Position numbers and translations under genes: made by a program
Origin: Candidatus Gottesmanbacteria bacterium
GTDB taxonomy: Bacteria; Patescibacteriota; Microgenomatia; UBA10105; UBA927
Direction of reading: 5' to 3'
Assembly (NCBI GenBank): GCA_023245355.1
Contig: JAHFKN010000001.1
Location: 2,057-66,056 of the forward strand
DNA: 64,000 nucleotides
In this document: positions 25,666 through 36,970 of the stretch, piece after piece
Position numbering within the stretch: position 1 is the stretch's first letter
How the letters are laid out: every line of letters begins with the position of its first letter
Notes under the pieces: model-generated
Told to the model about the DNA's origin: nothing
The model's input: the letters and a program-made list of their open reading frames with translations, nothing else
Databases searched by the model: none

Positions 25666-26628
25666 ATGGATTTGGAACAGCTGATCAAAGATTTTTTGGA
25701 ATATCTGGAAATTGAGCGGAATGTTTCGCAATTAACGATTCGGAATTACCGTCACTATCTGGAGCGGTTTTTGGGCTTTCTGATAGGCTATATCCCCTCC
25801 CCTAACGTGTCCGGCGAAGCCGGATCCCGCTACGCGGGAAAAATTTCTGACGTAAACGCCGAAAGCATACGGCAATACCGCCTGTATTTATCCAGGTTTT
25901 CCGATGCCAAAGGCATGACTCTCAAGCGCGTGACCCAAAATTATCATCTGATTGCACTGAGAAGCTTTCTCAAATACATGGCTAAACGGGATATTCCCTC
26001 TGTCTCCCCTGACAAAATAGATTTGCCGAAAGCGGAAAGCAGGTCCATCAAATTTTTGGAGCATGCCGACATGGAGCGGCTCCTGAACATGCCGGAAATC
26101 AGTACGAAAGAAGGGTTGCGGGACAAAGCGATTCTGGAGGTGTTATTTTCGACAGGACTCCGGGTATCGGAACTGGTGAGTTTAAACCGCGATCAGATAA
26201 ATCTGGACCGCAGGGAATTTTCCGTAATCGGCAAAGGCAGGCGCACCCGAATCGTGTTTTTATCGGAGCGAGCCGCCGATTGGCTACGTAGGTATACCGC
26301 AACGCGGGAAGATGACTTACGCCCTATATTTATCCGCTACAGCGGGAAAACGCCTGACGAACATGACAGGACGGGAGAATCCATCAGGCTGACGGCACGG
26401 AGTGTTCAGCGCAGCGTCGAAAAGTATGTCAAAAAAGCCAAGCTGATGATAAAAATTACGCCGCACGGACTGCGGCACACGTTTGCGACTGACCTGTTGG
26501 GAAACGGCGCTGACTTGCGCGCGATTCAGGAATTACTGGGACACAAAAATGTATCCACGACGCAGATATATACCCATATTACCAATCCGCAGCTTAAGGA
26601 AATTCACGATAAGTTTCACAGCAAGTAA
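25666..26628 (+). CDS. XerC/XerD-family site-specific tyrosine recombinase
   Basis: N-terminal SAM-like domain; RDKAILE.LFSTGLRVSEL, GKG, TPHGLRHTFAT, IQELLGH, TTQIYTH (R-K-H-R-H-Y catalytic set). Confidence 0.95.
   Translation: MDLEQLIKDFLEYLEIERNVSQLTIRNYRHYLERFLGFLIGYIPSPNVSGEAGSRYAGKISDVNAESIRQYRLYLSRFSDAKGMTLKRVTQNYHLIALRSFLKYMAKRDIPSVSPDKIDLPKAESRSIKFLEHADMERLLNMPEISTKEGLRDKAILEVLFSTGLRVSELVSLNRDQINLDRREFSVIGKGRRTRIVFLSERAADWLRRYTATREDDLRPIFIRYSGKTPDEHDRTGESIRLTARSVQRSVEKYVKKAKLMIKITPHGLRHTFATDLLGNGADLRAIQELLGHKNVSTTQIYTHITNPQLKEIHDKFHSK
25810..25839. repeat. 30-bp double-hairpin palindromic element, in frame inside xer
   Basis: TCCGGC-GAA-GCCGGA directly followed by TCCCGC-TAC-GCGGGA; encodes SGEAGSRYAG. 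Confidence 0.7.
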
Positions 26629-26643
26629 TTATCCTGTTATCAG

Positions 26644-27639
26644 ATGAAGATTACCGTGTTGTACAACAAGCCCGCCGCGCGCTTTACGCCTCATGCAAAG
26701 AACATGGAGGCGGAAGAGGATACGGAGGAATCCGCAGAAGAAGTGGCTTCCGCACTGCGCACGAAAGGTGCTGCAGTCAGATTGATTCCGATCACCGAAG
26801 ATACGATTCCCGAAACGGTTGCGGCCCTTCCTGACGATCTTATTTTTAATCTGATCGAATGGACCGGGACGGATGCCAAGTACGCCGCGCAAACGTATGA
26901 TTTGTTAAATGCCCGGCATGCCATATATACGGGTGCTACCAAGGAAAGTTATTTCCTGTCCTGCGACAAAGTGGCTATGAAAAAGCGGCTGGATGCCGAG
27001 GGATTTCCGACGGCCCCCTGGCAGGAATTTATTACCGGCGATGAAATGATCCGCACTGACTTGCCGTTTCCCGTCATTGTGAAAGTGAGTTTAGAACATT
27101 CGAGTGTCGGTTTGTCAGCGGCCGCCATTATCAACGCTCCGGAAAAACTCCGGGCGTTTGTCAAAAAACAGATTGCCGCGTTTCATCAGCCGGTGCTGGC
27201 AGAACAATTTTTGACCGGCAGGGAGTTTCAGGTGACGTTACTGGAAACGGAACGCGGACTTACCGTGCTGCCCCCGGCCGAGGTGATCTATACCAAAGGG
27301 ACCAACGTGCCGTTTTTAACATACGAAAGCCGGTGGAATGCGGATCATCCTGATTTTCAGAATTCGACCGTCGAGTTAGCGGTATTGTCAGACCGTCTTT
27401 CCAAAGATCTCGTCTCGATGTGCCGCGGCGTATTTACGACCATGGGATACCGGGATTACGCGCGGTTTGATATCCGCTCCTTGGGAGAGAAACCGATGTT
27501 TCTGGAGGTAAATTCCAATCCGGGATTAAGCGACGATGAACAGTACGGGATGACCGTTTCTTATAAAGCCTCCGGCATGACGTTTGCGGATTTTGTCTGG
27601 GAAATCGTTCTGTCTGCCCTACGTAGGAATACGGGTTAG
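26644..27639 (+). CDS. D-alanine--D-alanine ligase-like ATP-grasp protein
   Basis: IFNLIE, YTG, DK..MK, PVIVK...EHSS.G, EQFLTGREF, YARFDIR, LEVNSNPGL. Confidence 0.85.
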   Translation: MKITVLYNKPAARFTPHAKNMEAEEDTEESAEEVASALRTKGAAVRLIPITEDTIPETVAALPDDLIFNLIEWTGTDAKYAAQTYDLLNARHAIYTGATKESYFLSCDKVAMKKRLDAEGFPTAPWQEFITGDEMIRTDLPFPVIVKVSLEHSSVGLSAAAIINAPEKLRAFVKKQIAAFHQPVLAEQFLTGREFQVTLLETERGLTVLPPAEVIYTKGTNVPFLTYESRWNADHPDFQNSTVELAVLSDRLSKDLVSMCRGVFTTMGYRDYARFDIRSLGEKPMFLEVNSNPGLSDDEQYGMTVSYKASGMTFADFVWEIVLSALRRNTG

Positions 27640-28229
27640 GGTATATACACGCGGGCCGTTTCCGTCCTGAAGTACGGTAATGATTCGGGATCCCGGGCGA
27701 TGACGAGCATAAGCTGCGGCTGCCATTTCCTGACCAGACGGAATTTACTGCTGTTCTTTTTCAGTTTTTTCCGTTTGAAATCATAATCCCACCACCGGAG
27801 TCTGAATTCGCTCCACGCATATGATTTGCGTTTACCGGTTGAACTGTCCAGAAGGACGATGCGTGATTTGCTGGAAAGGTATGATGCGACCACTGCCCAG
27901 TGTCCGGATTCCTCCTGCGGCTCGTACTTGTCATCGAGGTCGTAAAGATATGATACCAGCACGGCTCTGGGTTCTTTCGGGCGGTATTTGAGCGCGCTTT
28001 GTAAATGATGCAGCGTGGCATACTCCACGACAAGAACGGATAACCCGAGTTTATTGGCCGCATCAATCATGTGTTTTGTCGAGGTGCCGTTTCTGCCGGT
28101 TTTGCACAAATTGATAAGACGCGCCATGGAAGCACGCATTCCCAAAACGCTGAGGGCGTGTTTTAAGGATGCCGGACCGCACGTTGTGTCATCCGGCTGC
28201 ATGATTGGTTTGACGTGTGATCTTCCCAT
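27636..28229 (-). CDS. C39-like cysteine peptidase (stand-alone)
   Basis: QPDDTTCGPASL, GT, GHWAVV, LLDS (Q-C-H-D arrangement). Confidence 0.8.
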   Translation of the reverse strand: MGRSHVKPIMQPDDTTCGPASLKHALSVLGMRASMARLINLCKTGRNGTSTKHMIDAANKLGLSVLVVEYATLHHLQSALKYRPKEPRAVLVSYLYDLDDKYEPQEESGHWAVVASYLSSKSRIVLLDSSTGKRKSYAWSEFRLRWWDYDFKRKKLKKNSSKFRLVRKWQPQLMLVIARDPESLPYFRTETARVYIP

Positions 28230-28342
28230 ATGAGCCTTTCGAAATGCGAGTAAGGGGCGCTGGAACAACCATTTTACCCCGTTCGGAAATGACGGGCAAG
28301 ACCTATAGTAGCAGGCTTTTTGAGGCTATTTAGCTTCAGTAG

Positions 28343-29077
28343 TTATTGAATTTCGTAGCTAAGCGTCACGCTGACGGTAAGCTCAGACGTGCCTGGCTCC
28401 ACCTGTGTCGGTGCTCCCCCGCCTGCAATCGGCACGGATTTGGCAGCATCATACATCATCGGCCGGGGCCCGGCTCCGCCGCCTTCGCTGTAGTTTATAA
28501 CGCGGCCGAGTTTAAATCCTGCAGCTTTTGCTGCTGCCTGGGCTTTTGATTTTGCGTCGTTGACTGCCTGTTCCCGGGCCTGGTTTTCTGCCTTGGTTTT
28601 ATCATCAACGTCAAAACGGACACCGCCGACTTCATTGGCTCCCTGTGCGGTTGACGCGTCAATGACAGCGTTTACCATGTCGATTTTCCTGACCTTTATC
28701 GTGAGATTGGAATCCGCCTGATATCCGGTGACCCGCTGCGTTGACGATGAATAATCATAGGTCGGCGAGATGTTGTAATAACTTGTCCTGATGTCTTTTT
28801 CATCGACGCCGAGTTTTTTGATGGCAAGGGTCACGGCATTGATTTTGGTATTTAATTCCTGCTGTACTTTGGTGACGGTCGCTCCCTGTGCGGTTACGCC
28901 TGCGGAAACGACGGCAATATCCGGCATCATGGTGACTTTTCCTTCACCGGATACGGAAAACGTGTCAGTTTTAGTCGTGGTAATGCTGTTTAAAGAAAAC
29001 GGTATGGGGCCTGCAAGTTTGGTATATGCAAACAGTAGAATGAAGAAAAGAACGACTGCTCCTGCGGAATCTTTCAT
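28343..29077 (-). CDS. SIMPL (DUF541/BP26) domain protein
   Basis: VSGEGKV...PDIA, DIRT..YNISP.Y, GAN.VGG, A..DAK.KA..AA..G..LG.V, EPG. Confidence 0.88.
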   Translation of the reverse strand: MKDSAGAVVLFFILLFAYTKLAGPIPFSLNSITTTKTDTFSVSGEGKVTMMPDIAVVSAGVTAQGATVTKVQQELNTKINAVTLAIKKLGVDEKDIRTSYYNISPTYDYSSSTQRVTGYQADSNLTIKVRKIDMVNAVIDASTAQGANEVGGVRFDVDDKTKAENQAREQAVNDAKSKAQAAAKAAGFKLGRVINYSEGGGAGPRPMMYDAAKSVPIAGGGAPTQVEPGTSELTVSVTLSYEIQ

Positions 29078-29934
29078 ATACGGCCTCCTTTACTCATCAT
29101 ACATGCTTTTATAAGGTTTTGCATAAGGCACGCGACGTTTACCGGCCCTACTCCGCCGGGCGTGGGCGTATAACAGAGTGCAACGCCGGCAATTTCATGT
29201 TCATCATAATCTCCGCGGAGTTTGCCTTCGGCATCACGCCATAGTCCGACACTTATAAGAATTGCGCCGGGTTTGACTACCGACGCCGGAACAACGCCGG
29301 CGGCTCCGACACAGGAGATGATGATATCGCTTTGCTGCATAATCGTTTTCGGGTGAACAGAAGCCGTATGAATGACAGACGTCGTACAATCCTGCTTTTC
29401 GAGGTACCGGAGGATCGGGGCTCCTGCCGTTTCTCCTCTTCCGATAACGGTGATCCGCTGATGACGGAGCCATACCGTATAATTTTTTTCAGGTGTTCCC
29501 GTCAGGGTGTACGCGTTTTGCAGTATCTCCCCTACCGCAAGAGAAACAGGCACATCAAACGGTGAATCAGGAAGGAAGCCGTCGACGTCTTTGTTTTTGG
29601 AAACAGTATTGAGAATATCAGAAACGTCTCCGAGTAGATCCGGAACCGGACGCTGGACAATGAGACCATCAACGGTTGCGTCAGCGTTATACGTTTCGAT
29701 AAGGGTTCTAAGTACGTCCCGATTGATAGTCGCCGGCTGATGGCTGAAGACGACGCGCGCACCGATTTGTTCCGCTGCTTTTTGTTTTTGCCGGATATAG
29801 GCAAGGCTTGCCGGATCATCCCCGACCAGGATAACGGCGAGCGTCGGGGTATGGCCTTTGATCTTAAGGGCTGCCACGTGTTCCGAAAGTCCCGAAAGTA
29901 AGGATTGTGCCAATAACTTGCCGTCAATGATCAT
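29074..29934 (-). CDS. folD: Methylenetetrahydrofolate dehydrogenase/cyclohydrolase
   Basis: MIIDGK, LAVILVGDDPAS..YI..K, KDVDG, TPTPGGVGP. The ORF-track 5' extension is a shadow of the opposite-strand gene. Confidence 0.93.
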   Translation of the reverse strand: MIIDGKLLAQSLLSGLSEHVAALKIKGHTPTLAVILVGDDPASLAYIRQKQKAAEQIGARVVFSHQPATINRDVLRTLIETYNADATVDGLIVQRPVPDLLGDVSDILNTVSKNKDVDGFLPDSPFDVPVSLAVGEILQNAYTLTGTPEKNYTVWLRHQRITVIGRGETAGAPILRYLEKQDCTTSVIHTASVHPKTIMQQSDIIISCVGAAGVVPASVVKPGAILISVGLWRDAEGKLRGDYDEHEIAGVALCYTPTPGGVGPVNVACLMQNLIKACMMSKGGRI

Positions 29935-30013
29935 GATACGAGTCAGTATATCAAATTCGTAATTGACAGGACGTCTCGTTTCTTCTTGAATAGTATAAGA
30001 GGAGTTATCCTGT

Positions 30014-30751
30014 ATGGAAAATAAATCCGTGAGTATGGCAATTATTCTGAGTTCGGTCATAGTGGTGTCTCTTGTGGCGCTGGGAGGGATGTTTCTCCCG
30101 TCATGGGGAAAGCTGCGGCTTCTGGCTCCCCATACCATCACGGTAGTGGGTGAAGCGAAATCACAGGAAAAGAGCCAGATTGCGATTTTTACGGCAGGAG
30201 TGAACGCGTTTAATGATGACAAAAACGCGGCTGTAAGCGACGTAAATAAAAAAGTTGAAGCGATTATCGAAGCTGTGAAGGAATTCGGCGTGACAAGTGA
30301 GGATATCAAAACGCAAAGCATGAACATTTATCAGAATCAGGATCAGTATTATGAAGACGGACGGCAGAAATACCGTCCCGGACAGTGGAATGTCGGCAAC
30401 ACGGTTGAAATTAAACTCCGTAATGTCGACCGGGCAGCGTCGCTTGCGGGGGTACTGACAAAAAGCGGAGCCACAAATGTGTACGGGCCGAACTTTACGT
30501 TTGACGATACGAGCGAGCAATCCACCGCACTTTTGGATGCCGCGTTTAAAAATGCGCAGACGAAGGCCGCAAAAGTCGCCCAAAGTACCGGACGCAAACT
30601 CGGTAAGGTCGTGAGTGTGACGGAGGCAGGCGCGATGCAGCAGCCGGTCATGTACAGGATGGAAGGCGGCGGCGGGGGCGGCGGCGGAGCGGTAGAACCG
30701 GGATCAGGCACGGTGTCAAAGACCGTAACCGTATCATTTGAACTGGACTGA
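30014..30751 (+). CDS. SIMPL (DUF541/BP26) domain protein
   Basis: ITVVGEA, DIKTQS.NIY, GATNVYGPNF, A..KA..VA..G.KLGKV, VEPG. Confidence 0.88.
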   Translation: MENKSVSMAIILSSVIVVSLVALGGMFLPSWGKLRLLAPHTITVVGEAKSQEKSQIAIFTAGVNAFNDDKNAAVSDVNKKVEAIIEAVKEFGVTSEDIKTQSMNIYQNQDQYYEDGRQKYRPGQWNVGNTVEIKLRNVDRAASLAGVLTKSGATNVYGPNFTFDDTSEQSTALLDAAFKNAQTKAAKVAQSTGRKLGKVVSVTEAGAMQQPVMYRMEGGGGGGGGAVEPGSGTVSKTVTVSFELD

Positions 30752-30765
30752 GTTTTTTCCTCCGG

Positions 30766-31035
30766 TCAGATTTTGGGCTTGCCGTTTTCATCCAGTGTCA
30801 CGATGATATCGCGGGGCAGGTTGCTTTGGGTCATGAGCCCGAATAGTCCGCGTAATTCTCCGATAACCATACCCGCCATGTAGAGAGCAATCATCCGGTT
30901 ATCCGGGTCTGTCTGGAGTTCCCGAAATATCAACCGTTTTGCGAACGATTCAGTGACGGGGGCACCGCCGTTTCGTATGCCTATGCGCACTGCTGTGCGG
31001 CCGTCCCGAATACCTTTTAGAAAGCTTTCTTTCAT
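30766..31035 (-). CDS. Small hypothetical protein downstream of gyrA
   Basis: Open frame filling the gap, co-oriented with gyrA; no recognisable motif. Confidence 0.4.
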   Translation of the reverse strand: MKESFLKGIRDGRTAVRIGIRNGGAPVTESFAKRLIFRELQTDPDNRMIALYMAGMVIGELRGLFGLMTQSNLPRDIIVTLDENGKPKI

Positions 31036-31048
31036 CGCGAATCGCGCG

Positions 31049-33571
31049 TTATTTCGTAAGACACGTTGCTGCTGCAATAGTGTCGTTTTTGTCCGTAAAC
31101 CGCATGAGAATAACGCCGCTGGTAGCTCTGGACAGCTGCGGAATCGACTTCATGGGGAGTTTGACGACCTGGCCTTTGGTAGAGGTCAGTATGACTTCCT
31201 CACTCCCGTCGGGAACCATTTGTGATAATACGATTTTTCCGGTTCTGGGTTTGATTTCCGCGACTTTTACCCCCTGCCCGCCTCGTTTCTGTTTCGGAAA
31301 CCCGGTGATATTCGTTTTTTTGCCCAGGCCTTTTTCCATAAGTGTCAGGAAGTCGGCTTTTTTATTTTCGCTTCCGATAACTTCCATCGCGACAACGAAG
31401 TCTCCCGGCTTTAAGAGGATGCCCCGCACCCCCATCGTGTCCCGGCCGGTGTGCCTGACTTCGCTTTCAGCAAACCGGATGGATTTGCCCTCATGGGTAA
31501 CCAGCAATACGTCGTCATTACCGCTGGTAAGTTTTGCCCAGATGAGTTCGTCTCCGGCGTCCAGCTTGATAGATAACAAGCCGTTTCTTCTGATGTTTTC
31601 GAATTGTGACAGTTTCGTCTTTTTTACCACTCCCTTTTTCGTTGCCATGAGGATGTATTCAATTCCCTTTTCTTTCTGTTCGGCGCGTTTGAGACTGTAG
31701 GCAAGCATCGATGTCACTTTTTCCGAGCTTTCGATATTGATCAGGTTGACGACTGCCTGGCCTTTGCTCTGTCTGCTGGCTTCCGGTATGTCCCATACGC
31801 GGACCTGATAGACTTTGCCTTTTTCCGTAAAAAACAGCATATTGTCATGCGTCTGTGCGGATACGAGGCGGTCGATCGCATCTTCATCTTTGGTTGTCAT
31901 GCCGATGACACCCTTGCCCCCGCGTTCCTGAAGCTTGAACGTGGTGCGCGGTACGCGTTTGATATACCCGGTTTCGGTCATCGTGATGATCGTTTCTTCG
32001 TTGGCGATAAGCTGCTCGTCGGAGAGCTCGCCGACGCGGCTTTTATACACGCGGGTTTTCCGGTTGTCACCGTATTTTTCCTTGAGTTTCGCCAGTTCTT
32101 CTTTGATCACTTTGAGTATTTTGTCCGGGTGTGCCAGAAGATCGTTTAAGTATGCGATTGTTTCCCGGATCATAGCGAGTTCGTCTTCAATTTTCTGCCG
32201 TTCCAGGGCGGCAAGTTTCCGGAGCTGCATGTCGAGAATGGCGGTTGCCTGCAGATCGGAAAGCTTGAACCTGTCCATGAGTTTTACCTTGGCGTCATCG
32301 GCATCTTTGGCTTTTTTGATGATGGAGATGACCTCGTCGATATGGTCGACGGCAATTTTAAGTCCTTCCAGAATATGCTCGCGGGCTTTCGCTTCCTTGA
32401 GTTCGAATTCGCTTCTTCGGTAGATCACGTCATGGCGGTGTTTCAGATATTCTTCGAGAATCTCCCGCAATGTAAGTGTGCGCGGTGTGCCGTCGACTAA
32501 TGCTACGACATTGACAGGGAACGTCGTCTGGAGTTCCGTATATTTATATAAATTATTGAGCACTTTATTCGGCTGCGCATCGCGCTTGAGTTCGACGACG
32601 ACACGGATTCCCCGGCGGTCTGATTCATCCCGGAGGTCGGAAATGCCGTCGAGTTTTTTGTCTTTTACCAAGTCTGCGATTTTAGCGACCAGGTTGGCTT
32701 TATTCACCTGGTACGGGAGTTCGGTTATGCCGATCATGCTTTTGCCGTTGCCCATTTCTTCAATTTCCGCTTTGCCGCGCATGACGATTTTGCCTTTGCC
32801 TGTTGAATAGGCGTTTCTGATTTCATTGATATCGTAGATGGCTCCCGCCGTCGGGAAGTCAGGTCCCTGGACGAATTGCATGAGATCTTCGAGTGTGACG
32901 TCAAACGTCATGCCGAATCGCTTGCTTTCTCCGACGTCGTTTTGTGAGGCTTTCCCCGCCTTGTCCACGGTTGCTTTGCTTATCATGAACGTGATGGCGT
33001 CGATAAGTTCCGATAAGTTGTGCGGCGGAATTTTGGTCGCCATACCGACTGCGATACCCTCGCTTCCCATAAGCAGAAGGTTGGGTAATTTGGCCGGCAA
33101 ATACACGGGTTCCTGGATGGATCCGTCGAAATTCGGGATGAAATTTACCGTTTCCTTTTCGATATCCAGAAGCATCTCGTCGGCGATTGCATCCAGGCGG
33201 CACTCGGTATACCGCATGGCCGCTGCAGGATCACCGTCGATAGATCCGAAATTTCCCTGTCCGTCGACTAACGTATACCGCATGGAGAAATCCTGTGCCA
33301 ACCGCACTAATGCTTCGTAGACCGATGAATCTCCGTGCGGATGATATTTACCCAGCACTTCTCCGACGACACTTGCGCTTTTTTTGTATTTGGACGAATG
33401 GTGCAGTCCTGTCTGGTGCATGGCAAACAGTATCCGGCGGTGAACGGGCTTTAGACCGTCACGCACGTCAGGAAGCGCGCGGGATACGATGACACTCATT
33501 GCATAGTCCAGATAGGACTTCTGCATTTCATCGACGATTTCACTGGGTTGGATTTTTCCGATGTTCGCCAT
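31049..33571 (-). CDS. gyrA: DNA gyrase subunit A
   Basis: [32 protein letters not shown]; GyrA-box QERGGKG in the C-terminal domain. Confidence 0.98.
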   Translation of the reverse strand: MANIGKIQPSEIVDEMQKSYLDYAMSVIVSRALPDVRDGLKPVHRRILFAMHQTGLHHSSKYKKSASVVGEVLGKYHPHGDSSVYEALVRLAQDFSMRYTLVDGQGNFGSIDGDPAAAMRYTECRLDAIADEMLLDIEKETVNFIPNFDGSIQEPVYLPAKLPNLLLMGSEGIAVGMATKIPPHNLSELIDAITFMISKATVDKAGKASQNDVGESKRFGMTFDVTLEDLMQFVQGPDFPTAGAIYDINEIRNAYSTGKGKIVMRGKAEIEEMGNGKSMIGITELPYQVNKANLVAKIADLVKDKKLDGISDLRDESDRRGIRVVVELKRDAQPNKVLNNLYKYTELQTTFPVNVVALVDGTPRTLTLREILEEYLKHRHDVIYRRSEFELKEAKAREHILEGLKIAVDHIDEVISIIKKAKDADDAKVKLMDRFKLSDLQATAILDMQLRKLAALERQKIEDELAMIRETIAYLNDLLAHPDKILKVIKEELAKLKEKYGDNRKTRVYKSRVGELSDEQLIANEETIITMTETGYIKRVPRTTFKLQERGGKGVIGMTTKDEDAIDRLVSAQTHDNMLFFTEKGKVYQVRVWDIPEASRQSKGQAVVNLINIESSEKVTSMLAYSLKRAEQKEKGIEYILMATKKGVVKKTKLSQFENIRRNGLLSIKLDAGDELIWAKLTSGNDDVLLVTHEGKSIRFAESEVRHTGRDTMGVRGILLKPGDFVVAMEVIGSENKKADFLTLMEKGLGKKTNITGFPKQKRGGQGVKVAEIKPRTGKIVLSQMVPDGSEEVILTSTKGQVVKLPMKSIPQLSRATSGVILMRFTDKNDTIAAATCLTK

Positions 33572-33574
33572 AGG

Positions 33575-34093
33575 TTATTTGTGGGCGATGCCGTCCATTA
33601 CTTCTTTTTGAGCGACCGCTTTGCCTTTCCATTCCTTCAGTTTGACCCATTTGCCGGGTTCCAGTTCTTTATAATGCTCGAAAAAGTGTTTAATTTTGGC
33701 CTTTACCGGTTCCGGAACGTCTCCTATATCCTTCATACTTCCGTAGAACGGATCGGATTTTTCACTCGGCACACCGATTACTTTCATATCGATGCCGGAT
33801 TCGTCTTCCATTTCCAGCATGCCGATCGGTACGACATTCACCATGACGCCCGGATGAAGCGGCTGACTGCACAGCACAATGACGTCAACGGGATCGCCGT
33901 CGCCGGATTTGGTATTCGGCACGAATCCGTAGTTTGCCGGATATCCCATTGTGGTACGCACAAACCGGTCGACCATGATAACTTCGGCTTCTTTGTCCAT
34001 TTCATACTTCACCATGCATCCTTCAGGGATTTCAATGATGACGTTGATGTCTTCCGGCGGGTTTTTTCCTGGTTTAATGGTTGATAGGTTCAT
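33575..34093 (-). CDS. ppa: Family I inorganic pyrophosphatase
   Basis: [36 protein letters not shown]. Confidence 0.97.
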   Translation of the reverse strand: MNLSTIKPGKNPPEDINVIIEIPEGCMVKYEMDKEAEVIMVDRFVRTTMGYPANYGFVPNTKSGDGDPVDVIVLCSQPLHPGVMVNVVPIGMLEMEDESGIDMKVIGVPSEKSDPFYGSMKDIGDVPEPVKAKIKHFFEHYKELEPGKWVKLKEWKGKAVAQKEVMDGIAHK

Positions 34094-34118
34094 AACTATT
34101 CCTCCTTTATGAGAGAAA

Positions 34119-36068
<1,950 letters not shown>

Positions 36069-36143
36069 CTAAACCCACGCTCTGTAATTCATTGTACAGA
36101 AAGTAATAGGCCTTGTCTAGCCATATTTTCTCTCTGTCTGTCG

Positions 36144-36818
36144 TTATGGCAGTGACAGAAATGCGTGTTCCAAAAGGAGCAGCAGATTTACGTTGTTTTC
36201 CCGGTATTTTCTTGTTTCTATCAGCGCGTGCAGCAGGGAAATCCGCGCGATAGTTTCCGTGTCATCCATCAATTCCTGCGGAGCTGTAAGATCATGTTCA
36301 AGCGTTTCTATTGCTCCGTCTGCCCATGTAGCCAGATCGTCTTTCGTTTTTCCTACGGACCCGAGCAGCTGAAGACGTTTTCCGCGCGGAGCATGGATCA
36401 GTTCATTGATCGCCTGGGTTCGTATGCGGTCCTGTTCCGGATCCCGTGCTGCGGACGGATCTTTCAGGGTAATGCATATACATCTGGATACGATGGTCGG
36501 AAGCAATACTGCACTGTTGGAAACGGCGATGATCATATACGCATGCTCAGGGGGCTCCTCGAGCGTTTTTAATAACGCTTGTTGTGCTTCAGCCGTCAAT
36601 GTATCGCCGTGTAATATGATTCCCGCTACGTGCGTTCCCTGCTGAGGTGTGAGCAGCAGTTTTTTGGTAAATGCGCGGATTTCTCCGATACCGATTGAGG
36701 GCATGTCGTCAGGCATCCCGATTCTGTCAAACGGGGAAATCTTCCAGGTGTTAAGATGCTCATCTGCGCAAAGGCCTCTTGATTCTTTTGTGCCGCCGGT
36801 AATGAGGATAGTATGCAT
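36144..36818 (-). CDS. holB: DNA polymerase III delta-prime-like subunit (short form)
   Basis: IGIGEIR, AQQALLKTLEEPP, LLPTIVSRC. Confidence 0.8.
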   Translation of the reverse strand: MHTILITGGTKESRGLCADEHLNTWKISPFDRIGMPDDMPSIGIGEIRAFTKKLLLTPQQGTHVAGIILHGDTLTAEAQQALLKTLEEPPEHAYMIIAVSNSAVLLPTIVSRCICITLKDPSAARDPEQDRIRTQAINELIHAPRGKRLQLLGSVGKTKDDLATWADGAIETLEHDLTAPQELMDDTETIARISLLHALIETRKYRENNVNLLLLLEHAFLSLP

Positions 36819-36970
36819 GGTGAGAGGTTAATACATTATTATAATACATCCGGTTTTGGCCACGATGTGTTCCCTATTATGCCGTACTCCCCTTGCAAAG
36901 CCAAGCAGTTTCTGCGAATAATTAATCTACTGGTGTTTTATTGCCGAGGTGTCATGCCGTTATATTTCGT

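Noticed and set aside
23600-26628. Integron or prophage integrase with attC cassettes
   Set aside because: The recombinase looks like a chromosomal Xer with no evident IntI-specific insertion. No RYYYAAC...GTTRRRY-bounded cassettes, phage genes or transposase genes were seen.
29935-30327. N-terminal extension of FolD in the ORF track (similarly 8733-9008, 12247-12306 and 21953-22027)
   Set aside because: These extensions overlap neighbouring genes or a tRNA. Family-typical N-termini start at downstream ATGs.
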